DNA of 64,000 nt from an uncultured Gammaproteobacteria bacterium (GTDB taxonomy: Bacteria > Pseudomonadota > Gammaproteobacteria > JACCXJ01). The notes under the pieces are model-generated. The model saw nothing but the letters and a program-made list of their open reading frames with translations. It searched no databases and had not been told where the DNA came from. Of this stretch, positions 28,197-38,312 are shown one piece after another (position 1 is the first letter of the stretch; every line of letters starts with the position of its first letter). The translations under genes were made by a program, and so were the position numbers. The DNA lies in the NCBI GenBank assembly GCA_963764725.1, contig CAVXTM010000018.1:128001-192000 (forward strand), written 5' to 3'.

Positions 28197-30707
28197 ATGA
28201 AAATCAAGAGAACACATCGTGCACGCCTTTTGCTCGGCGCGGGGTTATTGGCTCTTGTAGGCTGCGGCAAGGAACCCAGCGTTTGCGGAACGGGAGCCGG
28301 CAATGTCAAGGATGAAGCGCTGTGCGTGGGAAGAAAGGCGGACAGCCTACCGGGAGCCGACGAAGACTATTTCGCCGATATGGATTACGGCGTGACCAAG
28401 GACCCCCAAGGGGTCGCCGCCGCGCTCGCCCCCTACGTGCCGGGGATCTCACCCGAGAACGCCGTCAAGGCCGTCGCGAAAGGCCGCAACAACTGGATCG
28501 CTTGGACTGCGGGCAACGATCGACTGTGGGACATCCTCTCAAGGGAGAGCCGAGGTGGGCTCGATCTTTTGAAGACCGTTTCCAACCATCCAAGCCTGAA
28601 ATTCAGCCGGGATAACCGGTGGCAATATCTTGGTTTGGTCAACGAACCCTGCTTTGAGAAGGGAACGGGACCGCAGCAGGACCGCTACGGACTGTGGTTG
28701 GATACGCGGGCCAAGGACTGCCCGCCGGATCCGTTCGAAAACGAGACCAAGTATCCGGGCATCAAGATCGGCGCTCGGGGCGCGAATATACCGGTGGGTT
28801 CATATTATGGCTACGCCACCGGCATCGTCGGCCTGCGCCTCTTTCCTAACCCCGACTTCGATGAGGCGGCTCAGAAGCGCTGGGATCCGGAGCGTTACTA
28901 CACCGATCCCAGCTATTATTACGACAAGAGCCTGGTCAAACCGTACCGGGTGGGAATGTCCTGCGGCTTCTGCCACGTCGGCCCGAACCCGACCAACCCG
29001 CCCGCAGATCCTGAGAATCCGGAGTGGGCGAATCTTAATTCGAACCCCGGCGCCCAGTATTTCTGGATCGATAGGATATTTATGTTTCAAGCCGATGCTT
29101 CAAGCTTCCCCTATCAACTCTTCCACACCTCTCGCCCCGGCGCGTTGGACACGTCCTTCGTTTCCACCGACTACATCAACAACCCGCGTACCATGAATGC
29201 GGTCTATAACCTGGGGCCCCGTATGCTGAACGCGCTGAGACTGGGCCAAGAAACGCTGGCCGGCGGCAGCCGCAACAATGCCCAGCTCAATGACTATGTG
29301 CCTCCTGGCAGTCTACTCACTAAGTTCTTTACGGCGCCCGACACCGTTTGGACACCTCGCGTTCTCAAAGACGGCGCCGATTCGGTCGGCGCACTGGGGG
29401 CACTGAACCGCGTGTTCGTCAACATCGGTCTTTTCAGCGAGGAATGGTTGGAACATTTCAATCCATTGGTCGGGGGGAAGAACATTTCACCCATCCAAAT
29501 CGAGGTTGCGCGGAAGAATTCGTCGTACTGGAACGCGAACGAAATGCAGACGCCGGACCTCGCCTTGTTCTTCCTCGCCACCGCCAAACCCGACTATCTC
29601 AAGAATGCACCCGGCGGTGAGGGGTATCTGACCGGCGGTCAGGCAAAACTCGTCCGCGGCAAGGAGATGTTCGCCGAGCGATGCGCCCGCTGCCACTCGA
29701 GCAAGCTTCCGGAAAAGGCGCAGTCGTTTTTCCCCAACGGCTGCGTGGGCCCGAATTACCTCGAATGCTGGAACAAATACTGGGAGTGGGTCAAAACTGA
29801 CGAGTTTAAAGGGCAAATGAAGGCCATCGTGATGGAGGAGGACTTCTTGCAGGACAACTTCCTGTCGACGGAGTTGCGCGTGCCGGTAAGCCTGCTTGAA
29901 ACCAACGCCTGCAGCCCGCTGGCCACCAACGCCATCGCCGATAATATTTGGGACAACTTTTCCTCTCAGTCCTACAAGGATCTTCCCTCGGTCGGCACGA
30001 TCACGGTGCACCACCCGATCACCGGCGAGCCCAGGGACTACCCGATGCCGGCAGGCGGCCGCGGCTACACCCGGCCAGCCTCGCTCATCAGCCTCTGGTC
30101 CACGGCCCCCTACCTCTTGAACAACACGGTCGGGGAGTTTTACTGGAGCGCCTCGGTGGAAGACCGGATGAAGTCGTTCGAGGACTCGATACAAAAAATG
30201 CTCTGGCCGGAAAGGCGCGAGGGGGTACGTAAGTATATGACGGCTTCAGGCAAGGAAGCGCCGGGGGTCATCGACGTAACGGCGGAGCGGAGCTATGTGC
30301 GGGTGCCGGCGGGCTACCTTCCGGACTTTCTACAACCGCTGGTGGGGGTGCTCGACCGCTGGTTACCCTGGCTCTTTGAGGGAGGGGGGATCGAGATCGG
30401 ACCGATCCCGAAAGGGACGCCGGTGAACTTAATCTCGAACATGGACTTGGACAAAAAGACACGGGTCCTGCCGGTGCTTATTAGAGTCAAGAAGGCGTTG
30501 AAGGCGATCCCTGCAGGCGCCAGCAATGAAGAGGCCATTAAGGTCTTCCGCGAGCGTGACCTGGTCGACTCCATGCTGAAAGTCAACAAGTGTCCGGACT
30601 TTGTCGTCAACCGTGGGCACTACTTCGGCAGCGACTATTTCAAGGAAGAGCCCGGCCTCAGTGACGAGGATAAATTAGCCCTGATCGAGTTTTTGAAGAC
30701 GATGTAA
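28197..30707 (+). CDS. Large diheme c-type cytochrome lipoprotein (MauG/RoxA-like fold suspected)
   Basis: Lipobox LLALVGC, two CXXCH motifs (CGFCH, CARCH), SLISLWSTAPYLLNN, K.ALIEFLKT end. Confidence 0.75.
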   Translation: MKIKRTHRARLLLGAGLLALVGCGKEPSVCGTGAGNVKDEALCVGRKADSLPGADEDYFADMDYGVTKDPQGVAAALAPYVPGISPENAVKAVAKGRNNWIAWTAGNDRLWDILSRESRGGLDLLKTVSNHPSLKFSRDNRWQYLGLVNEPCFEKGTGPQQDRYGLWLDTRAKDCPPDPFENETKYPGIKIGARGANIPVGSYYGYATGIVGLRLFPNPDFDEAAQKRWDPERYYTDPSYYYDKSLVKPYRVGMSCGFCHVGPNPTNPPADPENPEWANLNSNPGAQYFWIDRIFMFQADASSFPYQLFHTSRPGALDTSFVSTDYINNPRTMNAVYNLGPRMLNALRLGQETLAGGSRNNAQLNDYVPPGSLLTKFFTAPDTVWTPRVLKDGADSVGALGALNRVFVNIGLFSEEWLEHFNPLVGGKNISPIQIEVARKNSSYWNANEMQTPDLALFFLATAKPDYLKNAPGGEGYLTGGQAKLVRGKEMFAERCARCHSSKLPEKAQSFFPNGCVGPNYLECWNKYWEWVKTDEFKGQMKAIVMEEDFLQDNFLSTELRVPVSLLETNACSPLATNAIADNIWDNFSSQSYKDLPSVGTITVHHPITGEPRDYPMPAGGRGYTRPASLISLWSTAPYLLNNTVGEFYWSASVEDRMKSFEDSIQKMLWPERREGVRKYMTASGKEAPGVIDVTAERSYVRVPAGYLPDFLQPLVGVLDRWLPWLFEGGGIEIGPIPKGTPVNLISNMDLDKKTRVLPVLIRVKKALKAIPAGASNEEAIKVFRERDLVDSMLKVNKCPDFVVNRGHYFGSDYFKEEPGLSDEDKLALIEFLKTM

Positions 30708-30749
30708 TGTGCACGGCAGGCGAAGACGTTAAAGAACGGGAGGGGCGGC

Positions 30750-32624
30750 ATGAGCACAGAGTATGAATACATCATCGTCGGTTCCGGCGCGGGGGGCGGG
30801 ACGCTCGCCGCGCGCTTAGCGGAGCAAGGGCGGCGGGTTCTGGTGCTGGAGGCCGGCGGGGACCCCATGCAGACGCAAGGCGGCGACGCCTTGTATCCTG
30901 CCGCGAACCGGCTCCCGGAGGACTATGAGATCCCGGTGTTGCATCCTTTTTCCGTCGAGAACGAGGCGATGAAGTGGGATTACTGGGTCCGCCACTATGG
31001 TAGCGACGCACTCCAGAAAAGAGACCATAAGTATCGAGAGGAGTGGGACGGCAAACGGGTGGATGGCGTGCTCTATCCCCGCGCCGGGTGTCTCGGGGGC
31101 TGCACCGCCCACAATGCTATGATCACCGTTTACCCTCACAACGAAGACTGGGATTCCTTGGCGCGGCTCACCGGTGACTCCTCGTGGAGCGCCGAGAACA
31201 TGCGCACCTATTTCGAGAAGATGGAGAATTGCCGCCACCGCTTGTTTCCCTACCGCTGGCTGGCGAAGTTGGGTATCAATCCCACCCGCCATGGTTGGAA
31301 CGGTTGGTTGCAAACCGAGAAGGCGATCCCGGAAAGCGCGCTCGGTGATGAGACGCTGGTGAAGATCCTAAAAAAATCGTTCGATGCGGCGTTCAAGGAT
31401 TTGGGGGAGCCCCTCAGCCGCATCGAGTGGTTCCTGCAAGGCCAAGCCGATCCCAATGATTGGCGCCTGGTGCGCAAGAACGCCTTTGGGATCCGCTACG
31501 CACCACTGCACACGCGTAACCATAGCCGCCTCGGGACGCGGGAGCGCTTGCTCGAAGTGCGGGAAAAGCACCCTCAGCACCTCGCGATCGAGCTCGATGC
31601 GCTCGCGACTCGGGTGCTCTTCGATACCGATCAGCGAGCGATCGGTGTCGAGTACCTCAAAGGCGAGCGTTTGTATCAAGCGCATAAAAACCCTAACCGA
31701 GGAGCAGGCGAAAAGCGCGAGGCGCGCGCCTCGCGCGAGGTCATCCTGTCGGGAGGGGCGTTCAACACCCCGCAGTTGCTCATGCTCTCCGGGATTGGAC
31801 CGAGCGCGGAGCTCGGACGACATGGCATCCCGGTGCGGTTCGATCTTCCGGGGGTGGGAACCAACCTGCAGGACCGTTACGAAGTCGGGGTGGTCAATCG
31901 GATGAATTTCGATCACTGGGAGGTCTTGGCGGGCGCCAAGTACGCCAAGGGCGATCCGCAATTCCAGGAATGGGAGAGCAAGCGCAAGGGCGTGTACACC
32001 TCCAATGGCGCGGTCCTAGCCGCAATCAAGCGCTCGCTTCCGGAGCGGCCGCTGCCCGATCTCTTCTGCTTCGCGCTGCTGGCCCGCTTCCCGGGTTATT
32101 TCCCCACCTATTCCGCCGACATCGCCAAGCTGAACTATCTCACTTGGTGTATTCTCAAGGCCCACACCAATAACACCGCGGGCGAGGTGCGGCTAGATTC
32201 CGCCGATCCGCGGGCCCGGCCCGCCGTCAATTTCCGTTATTTCGAAGAGGGGAACGACAAAGAGAGTAAGGATCTCGACTCGGTAGTCGAAGGCATCAAG
32301 TTCGTGCGCAAGTTGACCGCGCCCTTGAGAGCGAAGGGTCTTATTGCCGAGGAAGAACTGCCGGGTGATAAAGCACAGTCGGACGATGAGCTTCGCGATT
32401 ACGTGAGGTATCAATCCTGGGGACACCACGCCTCGTGCACTTGCCCGATTGGACGCGATAGCGATCCCATGGCGGTCCTCGATGGGAACTTCAAGGTGCG
32501 GGGAACGCGAAGCCTTCGGGTCGTGGATGCGTCGATCTTCCCCCGAATCCCCGGATTTTTCATTGTCAGTTCGGTATATATGGCTGCAGAAAAGGCCGCC
32601 GATGTGATCCTTAGGGAGGCTTAA
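30750..32624 (+). CDS. GMC family oxidoreductase
   Basis: GSGAGGG, LGGCTAHN, NTPQLLMLSGIG, VGTNLQD, GHHASCTC, LRVVDASIFP. Confidence 0.92.
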   Translation: MSTEYEYIIVGSGAGGGTLAARLAEQGRRVLVLEAGGDPMQTQGGDALYPAANRLPEDYEIPVLHPFSVENEAMKWDYWVRHYGSDALQKRDHKYREEWDGKRVDGVLYPRAGCLGGCTAHNAMITVYPHNEDWDSLARLTGDSSWSAENMRTYFEKMENCRHRLFPYRWLAKLGINPTRHGWNGWLQTEKAIPESALGDETLVKILKKSFDAAFKDLGEPLSRIEWFLQGQADPNDWRLVRKNAFGIRYAPLHTRNHSRLGTRERLLEVREKHPQHLAIELDALATRVLFDTDQRAIGVEYLKGERLYQAHKNPNRGAGEKREARASREVILSGGAFNTPQLLMLSGIGPSAELGRHGIPVRFDLPGVGTNLQDRYEVGVVNRMNFDHWEVLAGAKYAKGDPQFQEWESKRKGVYTSNGAVLAAIKRSLPERPLPDLFCFALLARFPGYFPTYSADIAKLNYLTWCILKAHTNNTAGEVRLDSADPRARPAVNFRYFEEGNDKESKDLDSVVEGIKFVRKLTAPLRAKGLIAEEELPGDKAQSDDELRDYVRYQSWGHHASCTCPIGRDSDPMAVLDGNFKVRGTRSLRVVDASIFPRIPGFFIVSSVYMAAEKAADVILREA

Positions 32625-32684
32625 ACCGCTTCGGAGACGCAGTATCAATAGGGTTTTGAGATTGTTTTGAACGGCTCATGCAAG

Positions 32685-32811
32685 TCAACTTGATTTCGCC
32701 ACCACGGGGTATGAAACCCGTGGGTCGACCGAAGGGTAGAGCTGCGCTTCTCCCCTTTGGAAACCCCATGGCTATAGATCCCGCGGCAAGACCGCGGGGA
32801 ATAAATTTTAA
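32685..32811. repeat. Three-hairpin non-autonomous element, copy 2
   Basis: Near-identical to 11493-11619; abuts the RBS of the next gene. Confidence 0.85.
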
Positions 32812-32824
32812 AGGAGGGAGGATC

Positions 32825-34474
32825 ATGAAACACATAACTGCTGTTTTTAAAAATTTGCTTATCGGTGTCACGGCCGGCATGCTGGTGCTGAGTGTGTCGT
32901 TCGCCGCTGACCACAATGATCCAAACGCTATAAACTCGATATTCGCCGACATACCCGTGAGCGCGGCCGATCTTTACGATTTATTCGGCTTTCCTAGCGA
33001 CGACAAAGCGGGCGGCGAGAAGGTGGTCATCGCCCTTACCTTCGCCTCGGTACCAAAGACCGGCGTTTTCGACACCGACCTGCTCTACAGGATCCATTTC
33101 GACGCCGATCAGAGAGCCGCCTCGCCGCTTGGAGAGGAGCATAGCTTGGGCGCAATCATCAAATACGCAAAAGCGGTCGGCAAGAAATACCTCGAATTCA
33201 AACCCTCCGAGGTCAGGGTTACGTTCAATAAGCAGAATCAGGCCAAGGTTGATTTCATGGATTTCCCGGGCGGGGGCTTCTCGAACGTAGTAGAGACCAA
33301 CAAGGTGGTGACCCTCAAGTCACCGGATGGACACGCCATCAAGACGTTTATCGGCGGCAGGGATGATGCGTTCTTTAACGATCTGCCGGGATTCTTCCGG
33401 TCAATAAATTATGGGCCGCAATATTACCTTGTGCCCCACGCGATGACCGACAAGAGAGAATGGCCCATCCCGAAAACCCTCATTGAGCTGGACGGCAATA
33501 CCCTCTTTAACTTTGACAAGAGTAATCCCAACTGGGGGGTCACGGTCAAAAAAGACCTTCCCAAGGGCGCGCTCACGTGGAAGGGGAATAAATTCCTTAA
33601 GGATGCAAATGGGAATTTTCGGTTTGTCTATAGCGGGACAGACGCCCAAGCGGGCAGGAACGTGAATACCATCGTGCTCGAAATGCCATTGAAGTTCATC
33701 ACCAAAACCCCGGATAAGGAGAGGATCGTCAGAACCTGGGGGGAGAGTTGGGTTTTGAAAGCTTCAAGCAAAGCCGACTCCATCCCTGATGATGCATCCT
33801 ACTCTTTTATCAGCCGGGCATGGGCGGGGGCAACGTCCGCATCGGGATTCAACAATGACCTTACGAAATACAAGAAGGTGGATGTCGACGGGGTCCCGTT
33901 CTTGGATGCGGCGCTCAATGAGCGCGAGGACAAAAGACAGGTAGCCAACAATATTAAGTTCGCGCGCTATTACACCAAACGCTTCGGTCATCTCGGTTGG
34001 GGGTTTGGTCCCTCGATCAGCGCTTTGGGCCTTGGGAGTTGCTTTGACCACGGCGGTTCGCCTGTGTCCGTGGATAAAACCTATAAGCTCGCGCTGGAGG
34101 CGTTCCCGCGGGTTAAAAAATGCTTTTTTCAACGCGTGAACATGCCCGACGACTCATGGAATAAGAGTAGCTTGGACATCAAACCGCCGAAGACCTTTGA
34201 AATATTTATCCCCAATGTCGCGTCCATCGATATGGATACGACCGGCACCTGGCCCTTCGGGCGCAGGCTCGAAGATCAAGTGGCAACCCGGTTTCTGTCG
34301 CTGTTTCTGGACATGGAAAAGGGATGCGGCGGGAAAAAATGCAACCTGGAATCGCTAAGCGATCAGGCCCTGTGGGACAAAGCGCCCATCGTGCCGAAAA
34401 CGCCGCCGAACCCGCTCAAAAACGATAAGCCGTTCCTCGCTCAATTTCCCTATCTCGCGGATCCCTGGCCGTGA
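32825..34474 (+). CDS. Secreted DUF4331-like protein
   Basis: AGGAGG RBS, signal peptide, then ADHNDP, DLYDLFGF, GGRDDAFFNDLPG, GRRLEDQV, FPYLADPW. Confidence 0.7.
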   Translation: MKHITAVFKNLLIGVTAGMLVLSVSFAADHNDPNAINSIFADIPVSAADLYDLFGFPSDDKAGGEKVVIALTFASVPKTGVFDTDLLYRIHFDADQRAASPLGEEHSLGAIIKYAKAVGKKYLEFKPSEVRVTFNKQNQAKVDFMDFPGGGFSNVVETNKVVTLKSPDGHAIKTFIGGRDDAFFNDLPGFFRSINYGPQYYLVPHAMTDKREWPIPKTLIELDGNTLFNFDKSNPNWGVTVKKDLPKGALTWKGNKFLKDANGNFRFVYSGTDAQAGRNVNTIVLEMPLKFITKTPDKERIVRTWGESWVLKASSKADSIPDDASYSFISRAWAGATSASGFNNDLTKYKKVDVDGVPFLDAALNEREDKRQVANNIKFARYYTKRFGHLGWGFGPSISALGLGSCFDHGGSPVSVDKTYKLALEAFPRVKKCFFQRVNMPDDSWNKSSLDIKPPKTFEIFIPNVASIDMDTTGTWPFGRRLEDQVATRFLSLFLDMEKGCGGKKCNLESLSDQALWDKAPIVPKTPPNPLKNDKPFLAQFPYLADPWP

Positions 34475-34498
34475 GATAGAATTGAGATAGGATCGTTA

Positions 34499-34537
34499 GC
34501 GTATGCCAGCCACCCGCGCGCGGTGGCTGGCATACGC
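34499..34537. terminator. 16-bp perfect stem hairpin between convergent genes
   Basis: GCGTATGCCAGCCACC-N7-GGTGGCTGGCATACGC. Confidence 0.6.
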
Positions 34538-34681
34538 GCGCGAGACGTCACACTGCCTCGACATTTGGCCAGCCCTCGCGGTCACACCGAGCTTCTTACC
34601 AGATGCCGTCGTCCTCGACGACATCGGGCGGCCGGAGATAGATGTATCCCCGGAGCAAGGCATAGCGAAGGGGTCGAGAAT

Positions 34682-35864
34682 TCAGGTTCCTAGCCTGCCC
34701 ATCAAGTCACCGGCCCGAAACGGGCCCGGCTCGCGGATGAGGGCCCGCGCCGCATCTACCTGCTCCCACAGGTTCCAGAGCAGCACACCGCGCACCCGGC
34801 CCTCGCGCAGGTAATAGACCACGCCCTTGCGATAGGGCTCCTCCTGCCAATCCGCTATGAGCTCGAGGCTCGGATCCAGTTCGCCCACGGCTTCGTAGCC
34901 CAGGTCGAACAAATCGGAGTAGAAGAACGGCAAATGGTGATAGGGAACCGGTACCCCGGCCATCGCCCGCCCTGCCGCCCCGCCCATGGTATTGGCATTG
35001 TCTTCGTGCTCGACGCGCAAGTACTTGCCGAGATCGGAGTTATAGAAGCGGGCGACGTCGCCGGCGGCATAGATCTCCGGGGCGCTGGTGCGAAGACTCT
35101 CGTCGACGAGAATACCGTCGTCCACCTTGAGCCTCACCGCCTCCGCCAGACGGGTGTTCGGCTCGATGCCGATCCCGGCGACCACACCCTCCACTGCCAC
35201 CGTTTGGCCACTCTGCGTCCTGAGCATGCACCGCTGCCCGTCCGTCTCCAGACCGGTGACCGTGCTATTGGCGAGCACCTCGACGCCCCGCTGGCGGTAG
35301 TAGTCGGTCACAAAACGGGCGAGCCCAGGCGGAAAGATACCCTCACCGATATTCTCGCCCGCGAGGAACAGAACAACCTCCTTGTCGTTCATGGCGAGGG
35401 CCGCCGCGATCTCTGAGCCGATAAACCCGCCCCCAATGACAGCAAAGCGCCGGCCACGCTCGGTGAGGCTGCGGAGCGCGAGGTAATCCTGCAAGGTGCG
35501 GAAATACAGTATCTGGTCACCGCCAAACGGCAAGCGGCGGGGAACGCCACCCGTCGCGAGCAAGAGCTGTGTCATAGGTATACTCCGCGCCTTGATCGTC
35601 GATCACCCGCCGCTGTTGCGGATCCAGGCGCACGACTGTGCGCCCCAGGTGCAGCGACGCGTCGGTGGCGTCGGTGCGGCGCCAGATGCTGTCGATCGCT
35701 TTGCCCTTCCATAGGCCCTTGCTGAGCGGGGGGCGGTTGTAGGGCCGCTCGGTCTCCGTACCGACGAGCCCGATTGAGCCATCGCTGCCCGCCTCACGGA
35801 TCCCGCGGATAGCGGCGTCGGCGGTCATTCCACCCCCGACGATTAGATAGTGGTAGTGCGGCAT
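34682..35864 (-). CDS. FAD/NAD(P)-dependent oxidoreductase (ferredoxin reductase-like), one frameshift near 35570
   Basis: GGGMTA, PYNRPPLSK | LLLATGG, GGGFIGSE, IYAAGD, EHEDNA, PFFYSD. Confidence 0.85.
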
Positions 35865-35988
35865 AAGAGCCTCGCGACGCGAGCGCTGAGCGGGAAAGGG
35901 CTTAGCCTGGAGTGGGTGCGAGCAGCGCTCGATCCCCGCTTGCGCTAGATCCTGCCACTACTCCTGAGCGCCACGCCTGCCCGTTCGG

Positions 35989-36075
35989 TCAGTCGCAGCC
36001 GCGCAGCGAGTAGATGACGAGCAGGATCGGGATGGGCACACCCAGGAGCCACAACAGGATGTAACCACCCCTTCC
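35989..36075 (-). CDS. Small membrane protein (start uncertain, possible frameshift)
   Basis: GGYILLWLLGVPIPILLVIYSLRGCD*; a GGAGGAG RBS with ATG near 36154 is in another frame. Confidence 0.5.
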   Translation of the reverse strand, partial: GRGGYILLWLLGVPIPILLVIYSLRGCD

Positions 36076-36165
36076 TGTAACTTCATCGGCGTGGGATGCT
36101 TCATCGAGCGAAACCCTTACCGAGGCGTCTCAAGCATCCAACGCCCGTCATCATTATCTCCTCCT

Positions 36166-36306
36166 CTATGAGGCCTTTTTCATCTCTGTGCCGCAACAAC
36201 AGCGCGGAGGCGCCTCACCACCCCCGCCTGCCTTCGAGCCCTGCGTGACCTTCATTTCGCACCCGCAATTCGGGTTCGTGCAACGATACGTCTCACCTGT
36301 TGTCAT
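36166..36306 (-). CDS. 46-aa cysteine-rich metal-binding miniprotein (metallothionein/desulforedoxin-like), absent from the ORF track
   Basis: MTTGETYRCTNPNCGCEMKVTQGSKAGGGGEAPPRCCCGTEMKKAS*; AGGAGG RBS upstream. Confidence 0.75.
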   Translation of the reverse strand: MTTGETYRCTNPNCGCEMKVTQGSKAGGGGEAPPRCCCGTEMKKAS

Positions 36307-36463
36307 AGCCACCATCCACCTCCTGATTGAACGCCGCTTCTCGACTCGCGCCTACTATCGAGACTTTAGGACCTTACTTAAGGGCGATATCCGCCCTCCG
36401 AGGACGCACCGGCCACCTCGGAGGGCGCTGTTGACCTTGGTGCCTCTCAGAAGGCCTACCCAA

Positions 36464-36661
36464 TCACAGCTTTTGGATCCAGCTGTCTGCCTCCTCCTCG
36501 GCCTTTTCTTTCGTATAGCCATACTTGGCCTGCAGCCGGCCGACGAGCTCCTCGCGCTTACCTTCGATGACGTCGAGCTCATCATCGGTAATGTCACCCC
36601 ACATTTGCTGGGCCTTGCCCTTTAGCTGCTTCCAATTACCCTTGACTTGATCCCAGTTCAT
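36464..36661 (-). CDS. CsbD/YjbJ family stress protein
   Basis: MNWDQVKGNWKQLKGKAQQMWGDITDD...G.LQAKYG; AGGAGG RBS. Confidence 0.92.
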   Translation of the reverse strand: MNWDQVKGNWKQLKGKAQQMWGDITDDELDVIEGKREELVGRLQAKYGYTKEKAEEEADSWIQKL

Positions 36662-36960
36662 AGTCCGTCCTCCTGCTCAAAATGGTTGGTTCTGGTCGCG
36701 CCCCGGCTCAACCGGGGCACCCCAATTAAGGTCAAGCTGTGTGCCAGGACCGGCGTTATGGATAAATTGTCCTTGCTGCTGGACATAGCCCAGTTACTAC
36801 AGCGACTTGCTAGATAGGGCTAATCAGTAAAAAATGCCGATCGGCATATAAGATTATGCTAAGACATACTCACAGATGCAAGGCTCTTCCAATGCTAGAT
36901 GAGCCTGAAGGGAGGCCTGTTTCTAACACGAAGTGAGCCTGAACTAGGCACGGTAACTGT

Positions 36961-37428
36961 TCATGCTGGGAGGAGACTAAGTATGAACTTCCAATGCTTC
37001 GCCTCGACCGGCATCACCGAGAGCCGGTTTCCGCGTTTGAGGAGTGTTAGTCCCGAAAGCTCCGGGTAGCGTTTAAGCTCCACGAGCGTGATGATGCGCT
37101 TGAGCTTGCGTTCCAAACGGACTTCCACCATATACCAGCGCGGCGCCGTGGGAGAGCTCTCGGGATCGTAATGGTGGTCACGCGGATCAAAGGCCGTCGG
37201 ATCCGGGCGGCCGGCGCCGGTGATCTTCATGATCCCGACGATTCCGGGTTCGGCACAGCTCGAATGGTAAAAGAAAGCGAGATCTCCGGGGCGGATCTCG
37301 TCCCGAAGCATGTTACGGGCTTGATAATTACGCACGCCGTCCCAGCAGTCGGTTTGGCGCGGACGCGCGCGCAAATCGTCGACGCTGTAGGTTGACGGTT
37401 CGGATTTCATGAGCCAGTACCGGAGCAT
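36961..37428 (-). CDS. EVE domain protein
   Basis: YWLMKSEP, WDGVRNYQARN, FFYHSSC, RLSVMPV. Confidence 0.93.
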   Translation of the reverse strand: MLRYWLMKSEPSTYSVDDLRARPRQTDCWDGVRNYQARNMLRDEIRPGDLAFFYHSSCAEPGIVGIMKITGAGRPDPTAFDPRDHHYDPESSPTAPRWYMVEVRLERKLKRIITLVELKRYPELSGLTLLKRGNRLSVMPVEAKHWKFILSLLPA

Positions 37429-37442
37429 GGTTCAAAGAAGGG

Positions 37443-37627
37443 TGCTCTCCGCAGCGCCGTTACGGGCCTTCGACTTGAACCGAGGGTTCAAGAATGGAAC
37501 ATCGCGAGGCGAATCAGGCCTTCCGCTACGAGAGCGGACTGCTCAACATCGCCTACCGGTCAGTTCCTTTGGTTTCTTAATTAGGCTCAAGGATACCCGA
37601 CCCGTTGACGTACGCCGCAGAGAGCGT
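37443..37627 (-). ncRNA. ssrS: 6S RNA
   Basis: About 185 nt directly downstream of zapA; closing stem GCTCTCTGCGGCG/CGCTGCGGAGAGC, CCTTGAGCC and CTTGAACC..GGTTCAAG motifs. Confidence 0.9.
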
Positions 37628-37638
37628 CAACCATAAAT

Positions 37639-37959
37639 CTACGCTAGCACGCGCTCGCCGCCGGCAAGCACGTCAGTGATCTTCTTTTCTATTCTGCGCA
37701 TGAACGCATCCACGTTCTTAGTATACGCTTCGTGTTGGCGCTTGTGCTCCAACAGATCATGCGCGATGTTGAGAGCCGCCATGACCGCAATGCGCTCACT
37801 GCCACTCACCTTCCCGTGGTCGCGTAACTCGATCATCTTGCGATTGAGGAACTCGACACTATTGAATAAGGCTTCGCGTTCCTGATCATTACAGGCCACG
37901 AGATATTCTTTTTCCATAATCATCACACTTACCGGCCGGGGCTCTTCACTCATGTTCAA
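37639..37959 (-). CDS. zapA: Cell division protein ZapA
   Basis: KEYLVAC, ERIAVMAALNIAHDLL; synteny. Confidence 0.92.
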   Translation of the reverse strand: MNMSEEPRPVSVMIMEKEYLVACNDQEREALFNSVEFLNRKMIELRDHGKVSGSERIAVMAALNIAHDLLEHKRQHEAYTKNVDAFMRRIEKKITDVLAGGERVLA

Positions 37960-38162
37960 GATTCCATCGCTCTTAGGCGCGTGATCATCGACTCCACCCG
38001 CGAGCGCGCGAGCTCGGTCTTTTCGATCAACGCTGCCCGCTCGGCCATGAGCCCGGAGCGTTGCGTTCGCAGGGCTTTATTCTCGCCACTCAATTGTTCG
38101 ATCGCACGGATTAGCTCTTCGACACGCATCTCAAGCGTCTCGATATCTAAAGATTCTTGCAC
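37956..38162 (-). CDS. TIGR02449 / ZapB-like coiled-coil protein
   Basis: ERAALIEKTELARSRVESMITRLRAME; position upstream of zapA. Confidence 0.88.
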   Translation of the reverse strand: MQESLDIETLEMRVEELIRAIEQLSGENKALRTQRSGLMAERAALIEKTELARSRVESMITRLRAMES

Positions 38163-38200
38163 TTGAATCGCCTTGCTGTCGTACCGCGTTCTGAGAATTC

Positions 38201-38229
38201 ACTATAGAGCGGCAGTCCACGGCGGTCAA
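38201..38229 (-). promoter_or_regulatory. Sigma70 promoter for the zapB-like/zapA operon
   Basis: TTGACC-17 nt-TATAGT on the minus strand. Confidence 0.7.
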
Positions 38230-38312
38230 CAACATCGAATGAGGGTGTTTTCATGGGTTTTGCTCAAGTATCATTGGCGCATCTCTAGCACCGACAATAG
38301 GTCTGCAGACGG

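Noticed and set aside
38195-38210. TTCACTATAG resembling a T7 promoter core, tempting given the RNAP fragment
   Set aside because: It lacks the TAATACGAC part and is fully explained as the -10 box of a minus-strand sigma70 promoter.
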